DNA of 62,983 nucleotides, filler included, from Octopus bimaculoides (Eukaryota), in NCBI RefSeq assembly GCF_001194135.2. It is 6 parts of 6 records of this genome, joined end to end, with 100 filler letters (N's around TTAATTAATTAA, not from the genome) between each part and the next. Parts side by side here need not be neighbours in the genome. Positions count along the whole stretch, not along the records: positions 60,656 to 62,983 come from NC_069001.1; 5 more parts are not named here. One strand, written 5' to 3'. The notes beneath the pieces are model-generated. The model ran no database searches. It had not been told where the DNA came from and saw only the letters and a list, made by a program, of their open reading frames with translations. Below, in pieces: positions 60,556 to 62,983 of the stretch (position 1 is the stretch's first letter; each line of letters begins with the position of its first letter). The translations under genes and the position numbers were made by a program.

Positions 60556-60655
60556 NNNNNNNNNNNNNNNNNNNNNNNNNNNNNNNNNNNNNNNNNNNNT
60601 TAATTAATTAANNNNNNNNNNNNNNNNNNNNNNNNNNNNNNNNNNNNNNNNNNNN
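60556..60655. other. Assembly spacer: 44 N + TTAATTAATTAA + 44 N
   Basis: Linker at 60600-60611. Confidence 0.97.
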
Positions 60656-60719
60656 GGCAACGAATAGAAGATATCTCATTTTGAGATGTCGCCACTTATT
60701 ATGTTTCATAGGTACATAC

Positions 60720-61600
60720 TTACTTAGTGATGATGGTAGTGGTGATGATGATGATGATGATGATGATGATAGTGACAATGATGATAATGAAAGTGACAAT
60801 GAGGAGGATGATGATGATGATGATAGTGATGATGATGATGATAGTGATGATGATGATAATGGTGTTGATGATGATTTAGCTTTTACTACTACTACTACTA
60901 CTACTACTATTATTACTAATACTACCATCACCTCCACAATTACTACAACTAGTAGTAGTAGTATAGCTACTACTACCACCACCACCACCACCACTACTGT
61001 CAACAACGCCCCCACCACCACTACTACTACTACCACCCTCACCAACTACACTACTGACACCACCACCATCACCACTACTACTACAGCTCCTACTACCACC
61101 ATTACTATGCCTGAGTTACTAACACTACTGCTGCTGCTGCTGCTACAGCATCACTGATACGCCAAACAGTATTAAATTACAGGAAAAAAGATGAAAGAAA
61201 AGAAACCTGAAGACCTCTTACCTGTCTCATTAACACCTGGTGGTGTTGTTGCTGTGTTTGTTTGTCTGTGCTGCCTTACCAATCCCTCTTTTCTTCCCCA
61301 TCCCACCACCACCACTACTATCGACGTCACCCACAGTCTGGAACACTACCACCACCACCACCACCACAATCGTTTCCCTCCCCCCATGACCACCACCACC
61401 ACCACCACAATTGTCTCTACCCCACAACCAGCACCACAACCAATACATCACCACCACCACCATTGTCCCCACCACAAGCGCAACCGTTCCTCCTCCTCCC
61501 CCCTGTGATCACCACAGCGCCCTCACCACCACCACAACACAACAATCTCCCCCACGACCATCACCACCATCACCCATGCACACCCACCTCTCTCTCTCTC
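60720..61600. repeat. Compound (GAT)n/(CTA)n/(CCA)n trinucleotide region
   Basis: Direct reading. Confidence 0.88.
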
Positions 61601-61689
61601 TCTCTCTCCTTCCAGTCTCTTCATCTGCAAAAGACATCAACAGATGCATTAAATCTGTAAACATTTTGGCATCTCAAAAACTTTCCGCA

Positions 61690-61950
61690 ACAAACTGTTG
61701 TTGTTGTTGTTGTTGTTGCTGTTGTTATTGCTATTTAACCCCAGGCAAGCAGTCCTGATTGAGCCGACCTATAATTAACAACATTCCAGCTATGATTCTA
61801 CTACCCCCTGTCATTTTTTTAGGGCTTTCAAGCACTGCATTATCTGAAATAGGGGATTCTTCTTAAGATAATTTTTTTTTTAATATAAGCTCTCATTTAA
61901 GTTGTGATTTAGCTGCTATTTTTAGCACATCAAGTGACCACATAGGGCTA
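61690..61950 (-). mobile_element. Family D repeat with (CAA)n tail (antisense)
   Basis: TTTAACCCCAGG...GACCTATAATTAA...TTCCAGC is the reverse complement of 18765-18830. Confidence 0.6.
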
Positions 61951-62044
61951 CCCCTTTCTTGGCTCTATATAACTGACATTGTTGGTATTGGTAGTAGTAG
62001 TAGTAATAGTCGTAGTAGTAGTAGTAGTAGTAGTAGTATATGTT

Positions 62045-62890
<846 letters not shown>

Positions 62891-62983
62891 GTTATTAGTG
62901 CAGTGGTAAGGACTTTCGTGTGTCACTCCAAAGGCATTCCATTATTTCTGCATTATTTGAACTCAAATCAGACCAGGTTCAAA

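Overview
AT-rich, microsatellite- and gap-riddled eukaryotic DNA from a draft assembly. The repeat repertoire suggests an Octopus-type cephalopod; this is inferred from family recognition, not a database search. I find no intact host protein-coding gene, rRNA, true tRNA gene or CRISPR array, and almost all long ORFs are microsatellite or N artefacts. The window is a transposon graveyard: several tRNA-headed SINE families (some with clean TSDs, a dimer and a 4-copy array), fragments of three R4/Dong-type REL retrotransposon families, a Tx1/L1 3' end, a CR1/L2-type LINE 3' end, a nearly full-length decayed Penelope-like element (RT + GIY-YIG), Helitron Rep pieces and multiple Tc1/mariner relics. 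Five fixed 100-bp spacers (44 N + TTAATTAATTAA + 44 N) mark artificial joins, so contiguity across them is unproven. Best leads: (1) hammerhead-ribozyme-type motifs, with an intact minimal core at 43997-44030 (-) and a decayed one inside a tRNA-headed element at 14141-14436 that has a 12-bp TSD and twin-priming-like inversion; (2) a 39-bp-stem hairpin at 30793-30890 whose non-Watson-Crick transitions are all G-U pairs on the + strand; (3) R4/Dong elements twice inserted tail-to-tail into the (ATT)n tails of other retroelements; (4) a duplicated 91-nt exon-like cassette; (5) a CRE + double-ETS GC-rich island and a perfect 28-bp double-TATCGATA palindrome. Element boundaries are approximate unless a TSD or TIR is quoted.
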